NCBI GenBank assembly: GCA_963575745.1
Contig: CAUYUJ010000137.1
Span: forward strand, 558,001 to 622,000
Reading direction: 5' to 3'
Origin: Prorocentrum cordatum
Lineage: Eukaryota
Length of the DNA stretch: 64,000 nucleotides
How positions within the stretch are numbered: the stretch's first letter is position 1; the number at the start of each line of letters is the position of its first letter. Positions 1 to 10,062 of this stretch are shown here, piece by piece. Made by a program: the position numbers and the translations under genes. Under the pieces are notes generated by a model. That model saw only the letters and a list, made by a program, of their open reading frames with translations. It was not told where the DNA came from and searched no databases.

Positions 1-1
1 C

Positions 2-1301
2 GTCAGCATCCGTGGCTGCGAAGCCACCCTCGCCAAGACGCGATACCGCATCACTGGCATTGCGGCACGCCACGCCACGCTGACCCAGCTGGCTAAGACT
101 CTCACGGGCCCGTCCGTCAAATGGGACTGTGAGGTCTACCGCACCGCCTGGGACCCAGCCACTTCGGCTCAGTTTGCCTTAGTGCGCGCCCATCGTCCCC
201 CACCCACATATACGGTACAGGTCGCAGGGTGCCCCATCCCGTGGAGCATCACCGAGGCCCCGTTGGCTGAGGTGGTGCCGAAGAGGGACAACGTTACCAT
301 TGTCACCCCTACCACTATCACAGAGCCTGTGACGCCGCAGCCCGTGGTGGCGGCTTCAGCCCCGCCACGGGCACACTCCTAACCAAAGCGGCCCAGAGCC
401 CTTACCTCCACGACCTCATGACTGCCACGCCCAAAGGCAAGGGCGTCGCACCGCTCCCGATCCCCAAGGAGGAGCCTCTAGCCAAGCGCCACCGATCCTC
501 CAGAGGGAAACGCGACGCCACGCCGCACGCAAGATCACACGGCGCCCCAGGCCGCAGCTCCTCTGCACCCCCGCACGGCACGGATGGAGCTGCCGAGCAG
601 ACGGCCGTCCAAGGACCAGGTGTCATGACCCGCAACTTGGCACGGTGGCGGCTGAAGGCGGGGGCCACACGGAAGGGGACGCTGCCACAGCCGCCGAGGT
701 ACCAGGCGACGCTGACGACGTCGAGATCCTCTCATCAGGTGATGAATTCAGCGTGGCATCTCGCGAACTGAACACCCTCGGCGAACGCTTCGCAACGGCC
801 CCTAAACTGTCAGACGCCGCCACGACCCGCATCCAACACATGGAACAACAGCACGAGCTGCTTGCCAACACGGTGGATAACATGCAGGTTCAGCTTGCGG
901 GCGTTCTCTCATCCCAGGCCACACTCACGGAGCACGTTTCAGGTTTGGAACGAGGGCTTGCCACCGTCGTCACTCAGCAACAGACGGCAACTACCGAAGC
1001 TGCTGCACTGCGTGGTGACATCCAGGCCCTCCTCGGGCACCTCACGGGGGGCACCATCCACCTGCCACAGGTGGCCACCCTCGAAACAAAAAAAGGAGGA
1101 ATACAGAAAAAAAAAAATAAAAAAAAAAAAAAAAAAAAAAAAAAGATAGAGAGAAAAAAAAAAAAAAAAAGAAGAAAACAAAAAGCATATAAAAAAAAAA
1201 AAAAAAGAAAAAAAAAAAAATAACAACAAATAATAAAAATAACATAAAAAGAAACAAAAAAAAAAAAATAAAAAAAAAAAACAAGAAAATACCAAAAAAA
1301 A

Positions 1302-1334
<33 letters not shown>

Positions 1335-1509
1335 CCCAAAACAAAAACAAACCACAGTAAACAAAGCAGCAATCAGATGCCGAATACCCGTGGCTGTCCT
1401 GCGGTGGAATAGGGAACCAGACACTTCTGCCAGGTCACCCCAGGGACGGGGCCCCCCAGGGGCTGACAAAGGCAAAGACAAGGGTCGGGTCACTCAGGAA
1501 CCCTATTGA
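2..1509 (+). pseudogene. ORF1/gag-like nucleic-acid-binding protein (RRM-like + coiled coil + degraded CCHC), frameshifted and partial
   Basis: Frame 2 from base 2 reads TRYRITGIAARHATLTQLAKTL...KWDCEVYR...LVRAHRPPP (RRM-like pattern). ORF 645-1085 has a heptad-rich coiled coil (IQHMEQQHELLANTVDNMQVQLAGVLSSQATL). 1391-1430 reads W-LSCGGIG-N-QT/HFC. Ends KGKDKGRVTQEPY-stop at 1509. Confidence 0.5.
1086..1372. repeat. A-rich low-complexity tract interrupting ORF1 (possible low-quality sequence)
   Basis: About 290 nt of mostly A inside GC-rich coding-like DNA. Confidence 0.85.
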
Positions 1510-1770
1510 AGGTGCCTCAGAGAGCCTGCCTCAGCCCTCCGAGGAAGCGCCTTCAGAGGCATCTCTTCTCTCTTCGCGTCGTATCTCTTTCTTGTCATAT
1601 CATGTCAGTTTTGGCAGCAGCACGAGCAAGCTATCTGGTGTAGGGACACCTGTCATCTTGCTGTGGGTGTGTTTGTTTCTATGTACATGAGCATGCAGGG
1701 GTATCTGAGGATGCGTGCTGACATGCAGCTTTTGGCTCATCGCTCGCGCCGCCCGCCAGGCCTCGCCATC

Positions 1771-4700
1771 ATGTGGCGCCTTGCCTGCAGCCTGGCCCTC
1801 CCCTCGCTAGCTGGAGCACACCCGTCTTCAGGCGGTGCGCCCCAGCATGGAGGTGAGGTTCTCCTGCGACACGCTGAACGTGGGACCCTTTTCTACCTCT
1901 ACGATGACAGCATCTACAAGTACGATCATTGCACCATTTTGGACCCGATCGTGAACGGCACCGTTGCCGCGGGTCCGTGCGGCATAGGCCAGGCACACAG
2001 TGGCGGCTTCAGCCCCGCTGTTGTGCCCCGCTATTGCCCTACGGGTCTCACCACTCCCCTGTGCGATAGGGGCGAACCCGAGGAGGACCCTGCTTTCTGG
2101 CACCTGATGATGATCCGCGCCCGGCTCATACCGTGTGCTGCGGCGTGGGCACCAGGTGAGGACAACCAGGACATGTTCTGGGCATGGCTCGAAGACTGCG
2201 TCCCGTACATCCTGGCGACGCTTCATCTGCCACAGCACGATCACCCCTTCCAGGAGGATTCTGAGGACACAACCGACGCCCTGCGTCAGCGCACCGCGGT
2301 CGACATGTGCGAGGACATCTGGCACAGAGCGGGCCCCGACAGGCAGCGCATCAACCGCAACCTCACTCGTATCCAGAGCAGCCGCGAGTACGCCACCCGC
2401 TACTTTGGCCTCCTTCTTGAATACCAGGGCGCTCGTGCCACGCTCGTCGGCCCTGAGGCTTTCACGGCACCTTTGCCGCCATACCTCTCACGGGCCCATG
2501 CTCTGCTGCCAAGAGGCCTCCCTCCACCCGACCAAGACGCCATGGCGTACCTCGCCGACGTGATTCTGCACCAACCGCCAGACATGCTTCCGCTCGTCGA
2601 GGCGGAGCTCGCCGCGGCGCCGATGGACGGCACCGATCAGGCCGCAGATGATCCCGTATCATGGCTGCTACAGCACATCGCGGCCAGCGATATCGGCAAC
2701 ATATCCATGGACTCGTTCCACGCGTCGGACGATAGCCAGGACGGCATTGATACCCAGGATCGAGACGGCACGACACCACCAGGCGACTCGGCCCAGCGTG
2801 ACCGCGACAGTGAACCCTACTTTGGGCACACCTCGTTGCACAGCAGTCCGCCCCACAACTCAGCTCAGGCCGACCCCGGCGCACAGCTCAACGACGCTGA
2901 AGGCGTCACTGCCGCTGACGCGACAAGCCATTCCACTGCGTCGCCAGCTCATGCCAGCCCGTGCAGTGGCGGCTTCAGCCCCGCTGCACCACTGGCTAGA
3001 CCTGGACATCCCCAGACCGCAGGTGGCAGCACCACGCCCTTCACCTCCGTACACCGTGACAACGTGACTGACTCCAACCCCAGTGCCATTGACCACTGGC
3101 AGGCCGACATCGACAACGACCCCATCGATGATGAGTACCCAGATGCCAGCGGTTCCCACGAGCCCCAGCACAGCGCAGCGGCATCACGACATTGTGGCTG
3201 CCTCATCTGCCTTTTTGTGGCCACGTACGCCATCGCGATAGCAATGCCGTACAAGGACCAGATCGATGGGTACTTGCCGACACCGAGCCGAGACCCCAGC
3301 TACCGACAACGACGACGACGCAAAGCGACGGCACCAGGCCCATCGGTGTCCACCACATCCCGACGCAAAACGACATACAATGTCACGTCCACATGGTGGG
3401 CCACTCTCAAATGGACCAGCGTCAAACTCAGAGATAGCGTCTCGGGCGGAGCCACTGCAGTCGGGGTCGGCCTCGGGGGTGTCCTGAAATGGGCCAGCGG
3501 CAAGCTAGGGGCTATTGCCACGGGTGGAGTCGTGTGTGGTCTTCAACTCGTCGGTGCCAAACTTCTTGCCCAGGGAGCTGTCGGACACGTAGGAGCCCGC
3601 ATCTGTGCGCGGGCCCTGGACTCATCCACAGCCCAGTGGTGCCTCCGCTGTTGCCAACCGAGCAGGAGGCCGCGCGATGAGGCCACATACAAAATGCCGT
3701 GCACGCTTGCCGACGAACACGACGACCAACACGTGCACTCACTCCGACATCCGCTGCTGCAGGAACACTACACCGCAGCAGTTGCCGCTGCAGTCGCCGA
3801 TGTCACCACCGCCACCACCGCCGCCATCGTCGAAGTCACTGCCGCCGTATCGCGAGCCTCGTCTGTCACACCAAGATCGACCAGCCCGTCCCCGCGAGAC
3901 GGCTCCAAAAGCGGCGCGGCATTCGGTAACCTACCGACTAACGAGGATGCCACAGCACACGGCAGCGACACCGAGGCAAGGGAAACACGTGAGTGCACCC
4001 ACGATAGCCCGTGGTCCATCTTCCGACATGCTGATGCTCGTGGCTCCTCTCCCGACGCGGACACCCAACCACCGCGACGGCGAGCACGCTATGCATCACC
4101 CAACAGGCCCCAGGCGCCTTCAGGCCCTGGTATGCCTTACACAGCCCTCAAGCCACCGACACGCAACCTACGCAACACTATCCAGCGCGACCCAGCGGTC
4201 CCCGTGCCGCCGAAGAGCATACTTAACGCCCTGTATCAAAACGGCTTTGCGCTTGGTAACAGTGGCGTGTCTACAGAGGACATCAAAGACGCTCTGCGAC
4301 TCCACGACCATCCTCGATTTACTCATGATCCCACACTCCAAGCGCTGGGGCCGTGGACGGACATCATGCAGAGGCCACCGAACCGCCTCACTTGGGTGCT
4401 GGAAGACTCGGGCGGGAACTCAGGCGAGACAATCTTCCCATACCTCACGTGGGACCTCCGCCAACCCACCACCGACGCGCCCACTGTCTTCTGGCATGGG
4501 ACCCGCGGCGACCTTGCGGCCCGTCTTGCTGCCAGTGGGGGGCACCTCTTGCCAGGTCCCCGCCGTGAAGCGAAGGGCCGAACTGGCACCAACGTTGGCC
4601 GCACGTACGCGAGCGTGCACCCTTCGCTGGCCGCGTGGTACGCAATGCCGCCCCACCCGCCCTACAGTCTTGAAGACGACACCCTCGCGTGGGGACCCAT

Positions 4701-4881
4701 CGCACTCTGGATGGGCGAGGCCACCCAACCACCGCGCGGGGAAAACAGGCACAACTACGTGAAAGGGGAGGCCCACGGAGCGCGCCTCATTTACCCTCGG
4801 GTCCTGAGCCTCCTCATCCGCATGGACTGGTGTGCCCCCACAGAAGCTGCTTCCAGGTGCCGTGCCCTTCCACACGCCTAG
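1771..4881 (+). CDS. Element cargo ORF: signal-peptide-like N-terminus, hydrophobic/Gly-rich segments, C-terminal PARP/ADP-ribosyltransferase-like domain
   Basis: Open frame 1663-4881. ATG 1771 gives MWRLACSLALPSLAGA. Hydrophobic CLICLFVATYAIAIAM and GGATAVGVGLGGV segments. C-terminal VFWHGT (4486-4503)...GRTYAS (Y 4606)...LAAWYA (Y 4639). Confidence 0.6.
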   Translation: MWRLACSLALPSLAGAHPSSGGAPQHGGEVLLRHAERGTLFYLYDDSIYKYDHCTILDPIVNGTVAAGPCGIGQAHSGGFSPAVVPRYCPTGLTTPLCDRGEPEEDPAFWHLMMIRARLIPCAAAWAPGEDNQDMFWAWLEDCVPYILATLHLPQHDHPFQEDSEDTTDALRQRTAVDMCEDIWHRAGPDRQRINRNLTRIQSSREYATRYFGLLLEYQGARATLVGPEAFTAPLPPYLSRAHALLPRGLPPPDQDAMAYLADVILHQPPDMLPLVEAELAAAPMDGTDQAADDPVSWLLQHIAASDIGNISMDSFHASDDSQDGIDTQDRDGTTPPGDSAQRDRDSEPYFGHTSLHSSPPHNSAQADPGAQLNDAEGVTAADATSHSTASPAHASPCSGGFSPAAPLARPGHPQTAGGSTTPFTSVHRDNVTDSNPSAIDHWQADIDNDPIDDEYPDASGSHEPQHSAAASRHCGCLICLFVATYAIAIAMPYKDQIDGYLPTPSRDPSYRQRRRRKATAPGPSVSTTSRRKTTYNVTSTWWATLKWTSVKLRDSVSGGATAVGVGLGGVLKWASGKLGAIATGGVVCGLQLVGAKLLAQGAVGHVGARICARALDSSTAQWCLRCCQPSRRPRDEATYKMPCTLADEHDDQHVHSLRHPLLQEHYTAAVAAAVADVTTATTAAIVEVTAAVSRASSVTPRSTSPSPRDGSKSGAAFGNLPTNEDATAHGSDTEARETRECTHDSPWSIFRHADARGSSPDADTQPPRRRARYASPNRPQAPSGPGMPYTALKPPTRNLRNTIQRDPAVPVPPKSILNALYQNGFALGNSGVSTEDIKDALRLHDHPRFTHDPTLQALGPWTDIMQRPPNRLTWVLEDSGGNSGETIFPYLTWDLRQPTTDAPTVFWHGTRGDLAARLAASGGHLLPGPRREAKGRTGTNVGRTYASVHPSLAAWYAMPPHPPYSLEDDTLAWGPIALWMGEATQPPRGENRHNYVKGEAHGARLIYPRVLSLLIRMDWCAPTEAASRCRALPHA

Positions 4882-4884
4882 GGC

Positions 4885-5925
4885 ATGGGCGACTGCGCGC
4901 ACGCCCTCCACATCGCTGGCTACGATCATCCAGATCTCCGTGAGGCGGCTGAAGCTCACGACCAGGAAGCTAGCACCAGGCGCAGACCAGCCATCGCGGC
5001 AGCATGGCCACCGCCGCAGGCACTATACTCGCCAGAGGCAGCGCAAATATGGGCCAAACAGCACTACGACACGGAAGCAGCCACCAGGGATGACCCTAAC
5101 CAGCCCCGCCCACGCGTCTCGCTTCACATGCTCCAGCTGGACCCGAAACCACTCATCGACCTGGTGTACACTGGCTTGCAAGCTGTCCCCGTGCGGGGGC
5201 ACCCTGACGCACGCGGATCGCGCCCCAGCGGCTCCAGCCCTGGGGCCGCGTCGGGCCCACCACGCACGTACAAGTCAGGCACAGCCCTGGCGCACAGTCC
5301 AGACCGCTCATCGACGTCATCTGGAGCCGACGAACGCCGTACGCCTTCCCTCATCAGCGCGGCCGCCGCCCTCGCCCGAGGCCGTGCCCGCCCACGACGA
5401 TCTGCCTCTCGCTCGTCACGGCAGAGTGGCGAGAACTCCACCTCAGACAACAATGGCATCGAGACGTGGGAGCACATTGTGACGGAAGAGGAGCCGACTG
5501 CCTACCACGTCCTCGCCTACCACGTCCGTGATGTGCGGACCCGTGTCAATGCCCCTGGCATCGAGGTCTGGCTTGACCCTGGTGATCACCACGATGGTGC
5601 CTACTTACCGTGGGGGACGACAGTCATGGGCCACCGCGTTATCGACCCTGCGGTGGCGGGGCGGGACGGCTGGGTCATCCTCCACCACGACCACGGCGAC
5701 ACCACTACTAAGCTCTGGCACCGACCCAAGTCCACGTCAAAGCGGACGACACCTGGCGCACCGTCATGGTACCAGCGGACATGGGGCCCCAGTGGATCAG
5801 GTGCCATGCCGAGGACGCTCGCCACCCCGCCGAGGTTGTCCGCACTACAGGCCAATCCTGGTTTGCTGACGTCTGGCCCTTGTGGGATCGCCCGCGACCC
5901 CACCCAGACGACCAGGCACAAATGA
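4885..5925 (+). CDS. Element cargo ORF (346 aa), possible SH3-like segment; probably shifts into frame 3 near 5712
   Basis: Same frame as the upstream ORF, separated only by TAG-GGC. Segment VRTRVNAPGIEVWLDPG...LPWGTTV...DGWVIL loosely resembles SH3b patterns. Confidence 0.4.
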   Translation: MGDCAHALHIAGYDHPDLREAAEAHDQEASTRRRPAIAAAWPPPQALYSPEAAQIWAKQHYDTEAATRDDPNQPRPRVSLHMLQLDPKPLIDLVYTGLQAVPVRGHPDARGSRPSGSSPGAASGPPRTYKSGTALAHSPDRSSTSSGADERRTPSLISAAAALARGRARPRRSASRSSRQSGENSTSDNNGIETWEHIVTEEEPTAYHVLAYHVRDVRTRVNAPGIEVWLDPGDHHDGAYLPWGTTVMGHRVIDPAVAGRDGWVILHHDHGDTTTKLWHRPKSTSKRTTPGAPSWYQRTWGPSGSGAMPRTLATPPRLSALQANPGLLTSGPCGIARDPTQTTRHK

Positions 5926-6278
5926 GCATGCGCTCCCGCCTTTACCAGGACGCTGGTCTTGCCTACAGTGTCGATTCCAATGCTGTCAGTACTGTGCGGC
6001 TCGCCGCAACACGCAGCTCGGCACCTCGGGCCAACCAACGTGCCCAGACTGCGCCCGCAGCGGACTGCGTACACTTATGGACTGGTCCACGGACTACTCG
6101 TGCAACAGTTGACGTGTGCATACAGCACCAACTACAGGGACTCCGACACATGCTGCCTGTCCAGCAGGTGCCCCCATCCCCCCAGTCCACACAGCCTGCT
6201 CGACGTCCGTGCCACAGGGATGCCGCCGCACATCCTTGCCCGCCAATTCGGCAACGCGCCAGCCCTCCACGACCTTAA
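5712..6278 (+). CDS. Frame-3 segment with possible ubiquitin-like (beta-grasp) domain
   Basis: Open from 5712: TQVHVKADDTWRTVMVPADMGPQWIR...SRLYQDAGL...STVRL, pattern comparable to MQIFVK...TLSDYNI...STLHL. Confidence 0.3.
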   Translation, partial: ALAPTQVHVKADDTWRTVMVPADMGPQWIRCHAEDARHPAEVVRTTGQSWFADVWPLWDRPRPHPDDQAQMSMRSRLYQDAGLAYSVDSNAVSTVRLAATRSSAPRANQRAQTAPAADCVHLWTGPRTTRATVDVCIQHQLQGLRHMLPVQQVPPSPQSTQPARRPCHRDAAAHPCPPIRQRASPPRP

Positions 6279-9200
6279 GGAACCCCCCCGAGCGCCTTCA
6301 GGCCCCGGGGGGGAACCACCACAACCAGGGCAAGCAGGCTACCAGGGTCAATGGTACTTCCCACCGCAGCCGCGGCGCGTCCCCAGGCAGGGACTGCCTG
6401 ACGGCACAAGGCGGCCACCTGGATTCACAGGAACGGGGATGCCCGAAGAACCTTCCCCCGACCAACCGCTTTGGAGGGAAGGCTACGTGCTCTTCAGCCC
6501 CCACCAGGCCCTCAAGGAGGAATTCACCTTCAACAAGACGGTCCGCCGACCCTACTCCCTAGCCATCACCAACATGTACAGGGACCGTGTCACGGTCAGG
6601 ACCGTCTGCGAGTCGATCGCCGAGCGCATCCACATTACCCGCACCCGCTGGCGAGATGTGGTACTGTACTGGGACGCCGAGGGTGGCCCTGGGCCTCAAG
6701 CCCTCGACTACGACATGCGACTCTGCGACGCGATGGTGAGCCGTGCCACGACCGAAGCCGAGCTAAACCACGACCGCAGCAACCGTGGTAGCTTCTGCCT
6801 CTATGGACCAGCGCACCAGCGAGCTGTCAACATCACGGCGATCTCCGAGCCGCAGAACATCGACTACATGGAGCATGCGCGGCGATACTCACCCGTAGGG
6901 GGGACCTACCCTGACCACGCCTTCGAGCACGTCTATCGGGGCTGGCAGCGGCCCGACGTGCCCACCATCCTCCCCGACACCCGTCCCCTCTCGAGAGCCG
7001 ACTGGCAGCGTCACCAACAGCACCAGCAGCGCAGCCAGCAGCGGGACCAACGTGACGCAGGACAGCAGGGCACACCACGCTACCGCTCCCCTGCGCGAGT
7101 CCCGACAGGCGGTAACACGGCCTACGACGGGGTTGCCGCCAACTACCGTGGCCCCATAGGTGCCAGGCCCGCGGCTGCTGGAGCAGCCGCCTCCAGCTAC
7201 GGCCACGCCCCCCACGCCAGGGTACACCCAGCGGTCCTCGGCTACCCGCGTGCACCCGTGCAGGCCCTAAGGGCCACCTCGCCAGTGCCAGGGTCCACGC
7301 GCGCCTGGGGCCTTTACTCAGGCCGACATGATGGCACCTCCAGAAACCAGCCCGCAGTGATAACCCCTGCGGCTTCAGCCCAGGGGGCTGCAACAAACCG
7401 TGGCAGGGCTGGGCGCCCCGAAGGACGGCGTGATGCGAACGTGCGCGCTTGGCAACCGCGCCAGCACACGCCCCCGCCAAACGTGGCTGCAGCACTGCGC
7501 CCTGCCCAGGCAAAACCTGCCCCACCTGAGCGGGAGAGGCAGCCGCTTACCCCGCTCGTCCTCACGCACATCCAGGCGCATCACAGCGCCCTCCCGCGGC
7601 ACAGCGAGGGAAGCGCCCACCACGTCAGCCCCCGCCCCGACGCTGTCGACCCCGACCAGGCCACAGCCACGGCGGAGGGCGGCACAAGCGCCTCTCGCCA
7701 GCCCAGCCCATCACCCTGCGCGGCGCCGATCCGATCCCCGAGCCGGGCGGATTCCGAGCGCGCTAATGCCCAGGCGACCTCGCCACGCGACCGCCACACG
7801 GGCGGGCGCGTCCCGCGCAGCAGGACCTGCAGCCGCCACAGTTCACGCAAGGCCCCAGGGAGCTCCACGAGCTCGCCGCCTCGCGAGACTCAGGCTGATG
7901 GCCAAGTCCCCGAAGTGGTGCCACGCTTCGGAGCCAGCGTCATCGAACCTGGCCAGGCGGTTGACCTCGAGCCGACGCCGTCCACGGACCACGAGCCGCC
8001 GCTGACCACCCGCGTGATCGTCCCCATCGACGAGGCGCCAACCTTCGACCCGTTCAAGAACAAGTACCGTGTCAAGAACCTGGTGGCGGGTTTCGGCGGT
8101 GGCTCACCGCTCTCACCTCAGAGTCGGGGCGGAGCCCCCGCCACCTCAGCTGCTGCCGCGGCAGCGGCGGCCCCGCGGGGAATCAGCCCTGTCCGCAACG
8201 TGGGCCTCACGGCAGCGGGCATGGACGAGGCCCAGCGCCAGGCCTCAGACCGTGCTGCTGGAGCTGTTCCACCAGATGCTGCTCATCAAGATACTGACGG
8301 GGCGGGCGCGCCACCGCAGGAGGGACCAGCGGTGTCGCGTGCGCAGTATATGCGCGTGCGTTGTGCCGCCGCCGCGCCTAGCCGCCGCCGCTGGTTCGCT
8401 TTTGATTTTGTGTTCGGCAGGACGGATCGAGGAGTCGCCTCCCTCTCCCTCTGCTGCCGTCTCACCTCTCCTCCCCTCGTCCCCTACGGTACTGGAGTGA
8501 GGAGGATTTTTCGTGACATTTTTACTGACGTTTATGAACCCCCCCTGGCGCGGTGCCGACCGTGTCCCGCCTATACTTCTGGCCTGACGGCGGCTTCAGC
8601 CCCGGTCAAGCTAATCCATAGGAACGCCATGAGCTCCTACTGTGGCCAAGCCTCCTACCTGGGCGAGGGTCAGGCTGACCTTCACCGTGCGGGGCGTGCA
8701 AACCCCAGTTCCACCGATGGAGACGGGCCAGGTCGCTCCTTACACCTCGTCAGCCTTAACATCACCAGTCTCTCAGCGAATTGGCCAACCATCACCGCCC
8801 TTGGTGTCGACCACAACGCCGCAGTCATAGCACTGCAGGAGACCCGACATGCCAAGCCGACTAGGCAAGCCTTCGCTACCAGCGCCGCCAATCCACTCCA
8901 CGGAGGATACCACGCCAGTCTTGGACCTGACCTTGATCTGGCGCGAGCCCAGCGCAGAGCTGCCCACGGCGGCACAGACCACACCGTCGTGGGCAACACT
9001 GGCGCCTCGGGAGGGGTCGCCATCCTCTCTAAGGATGCCATTGTCGACTCCACTGTCGACGACAATGCGCACTGTATCGTCGCCCTCAAGGCCAAGAAAA
9101 GATGGCACGAGGTCTTTCTCCCGCTCTGCACTCAACACCGCCGCAGGCGGCGACGAAACAACCACGGGCCCGAGGGGATCTACATAGCGAGCCTCTACGG

Positions 9201-9648
9201 GATTGCTGGAGGAGACAGCACAGCTCTTTTTCGGCTCGCTGACTGCGCCGCCGCTAGGGTCGGCTCAGCCCCCTACTTCATCTGCATGGACGCCAAAACG
9301 AACATCGACGACAATCCACACCTTCTGCACATGTTGCAGCACGGATGGTTCAACGTTGCTGAGGGCACACCAGACCACACCATGCACGCCACCCCAATAC
9401 AAGGAAAAAGCATCTCACACCCTGAGACTAGTAAGGGAAAAAAGCAAGAACCCTACCATGATACAACCCCGACATACAAATATACACATACGGCAATATC
9501 CCTGACTGGGACCGCGTCACCAAGTGCCCCCGCACTTCGCGCATCGATTATATCATTGCCAACCAAGCGGCGCGATCCCTTGTCACCGACTTCTGCTACC
9601 TTCGCGACTTGCCAGCGAAGTCTCATGTTGGCCTGCAGGTCACGCTAG
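5959..9648 (+). CDS. 1229-aa ORF: ubiquitin-like segment, long disordered linker, then N-terminal part of APE endonuclease
   Basis: TVRTVCESIAERIHI...VVLYW...ALDYDMRLCDAMV (about 6590-6740). APE motifs LVSLNITSL, IALQETR, GGVAILSK, IYIASLYG, FICMDAK in 8740-9300. Confidence 0.65.
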   Translation: MPTVSIPMLSVLCGSPQHAARHLGPTNVPRLRPQRTAYTYGLVHGLLVQQLTCAYSTNYRDSDTCCLSSRCPHPPSPHSLLDVRATGMPPHILARQFGNAPALHDLKEPPRAPSGPGGEPPQPGQAGYQGQWYFPPQPRRVPRQGLPDGTRRPPGFTGTGMPEEPSPDQPLWREGYVLFSPHQALKEEFTFNKTVRRPYSLAITNMYRDRVTVRTVCESIAERIHITRTRWRDVVLYWDAEGGPGPQALDYDMRLCDAMVSRATTEAELNHDRSNRGSFCLYGPAHQRAVNITAISEPQNIDYMEHARRYSPVGGTYPDHAFEHVYRGWQRPDVPTILPDTRPLSRADWQRHQQHQQRSQQRDQRDAGQQGTPRYRSPARVPTGGNTAYDGVAANYRGPIGARPAAAGAAASSYGHAPHARVHPAVLGYPRAPVQALRATSPVPGSTRAWGLYSGRHDGTSRNQPAVITPAASAQGAATNRGRAGRPEGRRDANVRAWQPRQHTPPPNVAAALRPAQAKPAPPERERQPLTPLVLTHIQAHHSALPRHSEGSAHHVSPRPDAVDPDQATATAEGGTSASRQPSPSPCAAPIRSPSRADSERANAQATSPRDRHTGGRVPRSRTCSRHSSRKAPGSSTSSPPRETQADGQVPEVVPRFGASVIEPGQAVDLEPTPSTDHEPPLTTRVIVPIDEAPTFDPFKNKYRVKNLVAGFGGGSPLSPQSRGGAPATSAAAAAAAAPRGISPVRNVGLTAAGMDEAQRQASDRAAGAVPPDAAHQDTDGAGAPPQEGPAVSRAQYMRVRCAAAAPSRRRWFAFDFVFGRTDRGVASLSLCCRLTSPPLVPYGTGVRRIFRDIFTDVYEPPLARCRPCPAYTSGLTAASAPVKLIHRNAMSSYCGQASYLGEGQADLHRAGRANPSSTDGDGPGRSLHLVSLNITSLSANWPTITALGVDHNAAVIALQETRHAKPTRQAFATSAANPLHGGYHASLGPDLDLARAQRRAAHGGTDHTVVGNTGASGGVAILSKDAIVDSTVDDNAHCIVALKAKKRWHEVFLPLCTQHRRRRRRNNHGPEGIYIASLYGIAGGDSTALFRLADCAAARVGSAPYFICMDAKTNIDDNPHLLHMLQHGWFNVAEGTPDHTMHATPIQGKSISHPETSKGKKQEPYHDTTPTYKYTHTAISLTGTASPSAPALRASIISLPTKRRDPLSPTSATFATCQRSLMLACRSR

Positions 9649-10062
9649 ACCTCAGTCGCCTCGACATACGGCCCGACGTCTTCTTGCCCCCACGCCCTAC
9701 CCTCCCGACGATGGAGCTCATGAGGGTCACGAGCTGCAGGCACTAGGGACCCTCATCGCTGGGCAATATCAGGACCGCATGGAACAGGCCGACACACGCG
9801 ACGACGTGGAGCGCATGTTCGCCCTGGCTAACGAGGCCAGTCATGAGTACCATCTCACCCGTCTGCGCGACCTGCCACCTCCACCGCCCGACCACCCCAA
9901 AAAGAAGCCCCCCACCATGCACGGGCTCACGCCCACGTTCGAAGATCGACCAGTTGTCCCCCGCGCCTTCCCCACCTACGGAGCTTCCACGATACACATG
10001 AACCGACTGCGCAAGCTCCATCGGCAACTCTGTGAGCTCCGTTTCATCGGACAGCACATCAT

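Noticed and set aside
939..1493. Poly-Lys / poly-Phe ORFs
   Set aside because: Translations of the A-rich low-complexity tract.
1545..1562. Additional hairpin copies (1548 CGCCTTCAGAG; also 6490, 7188, 12140)
   Set aside because: Apical stem does not close, so they were not counted.
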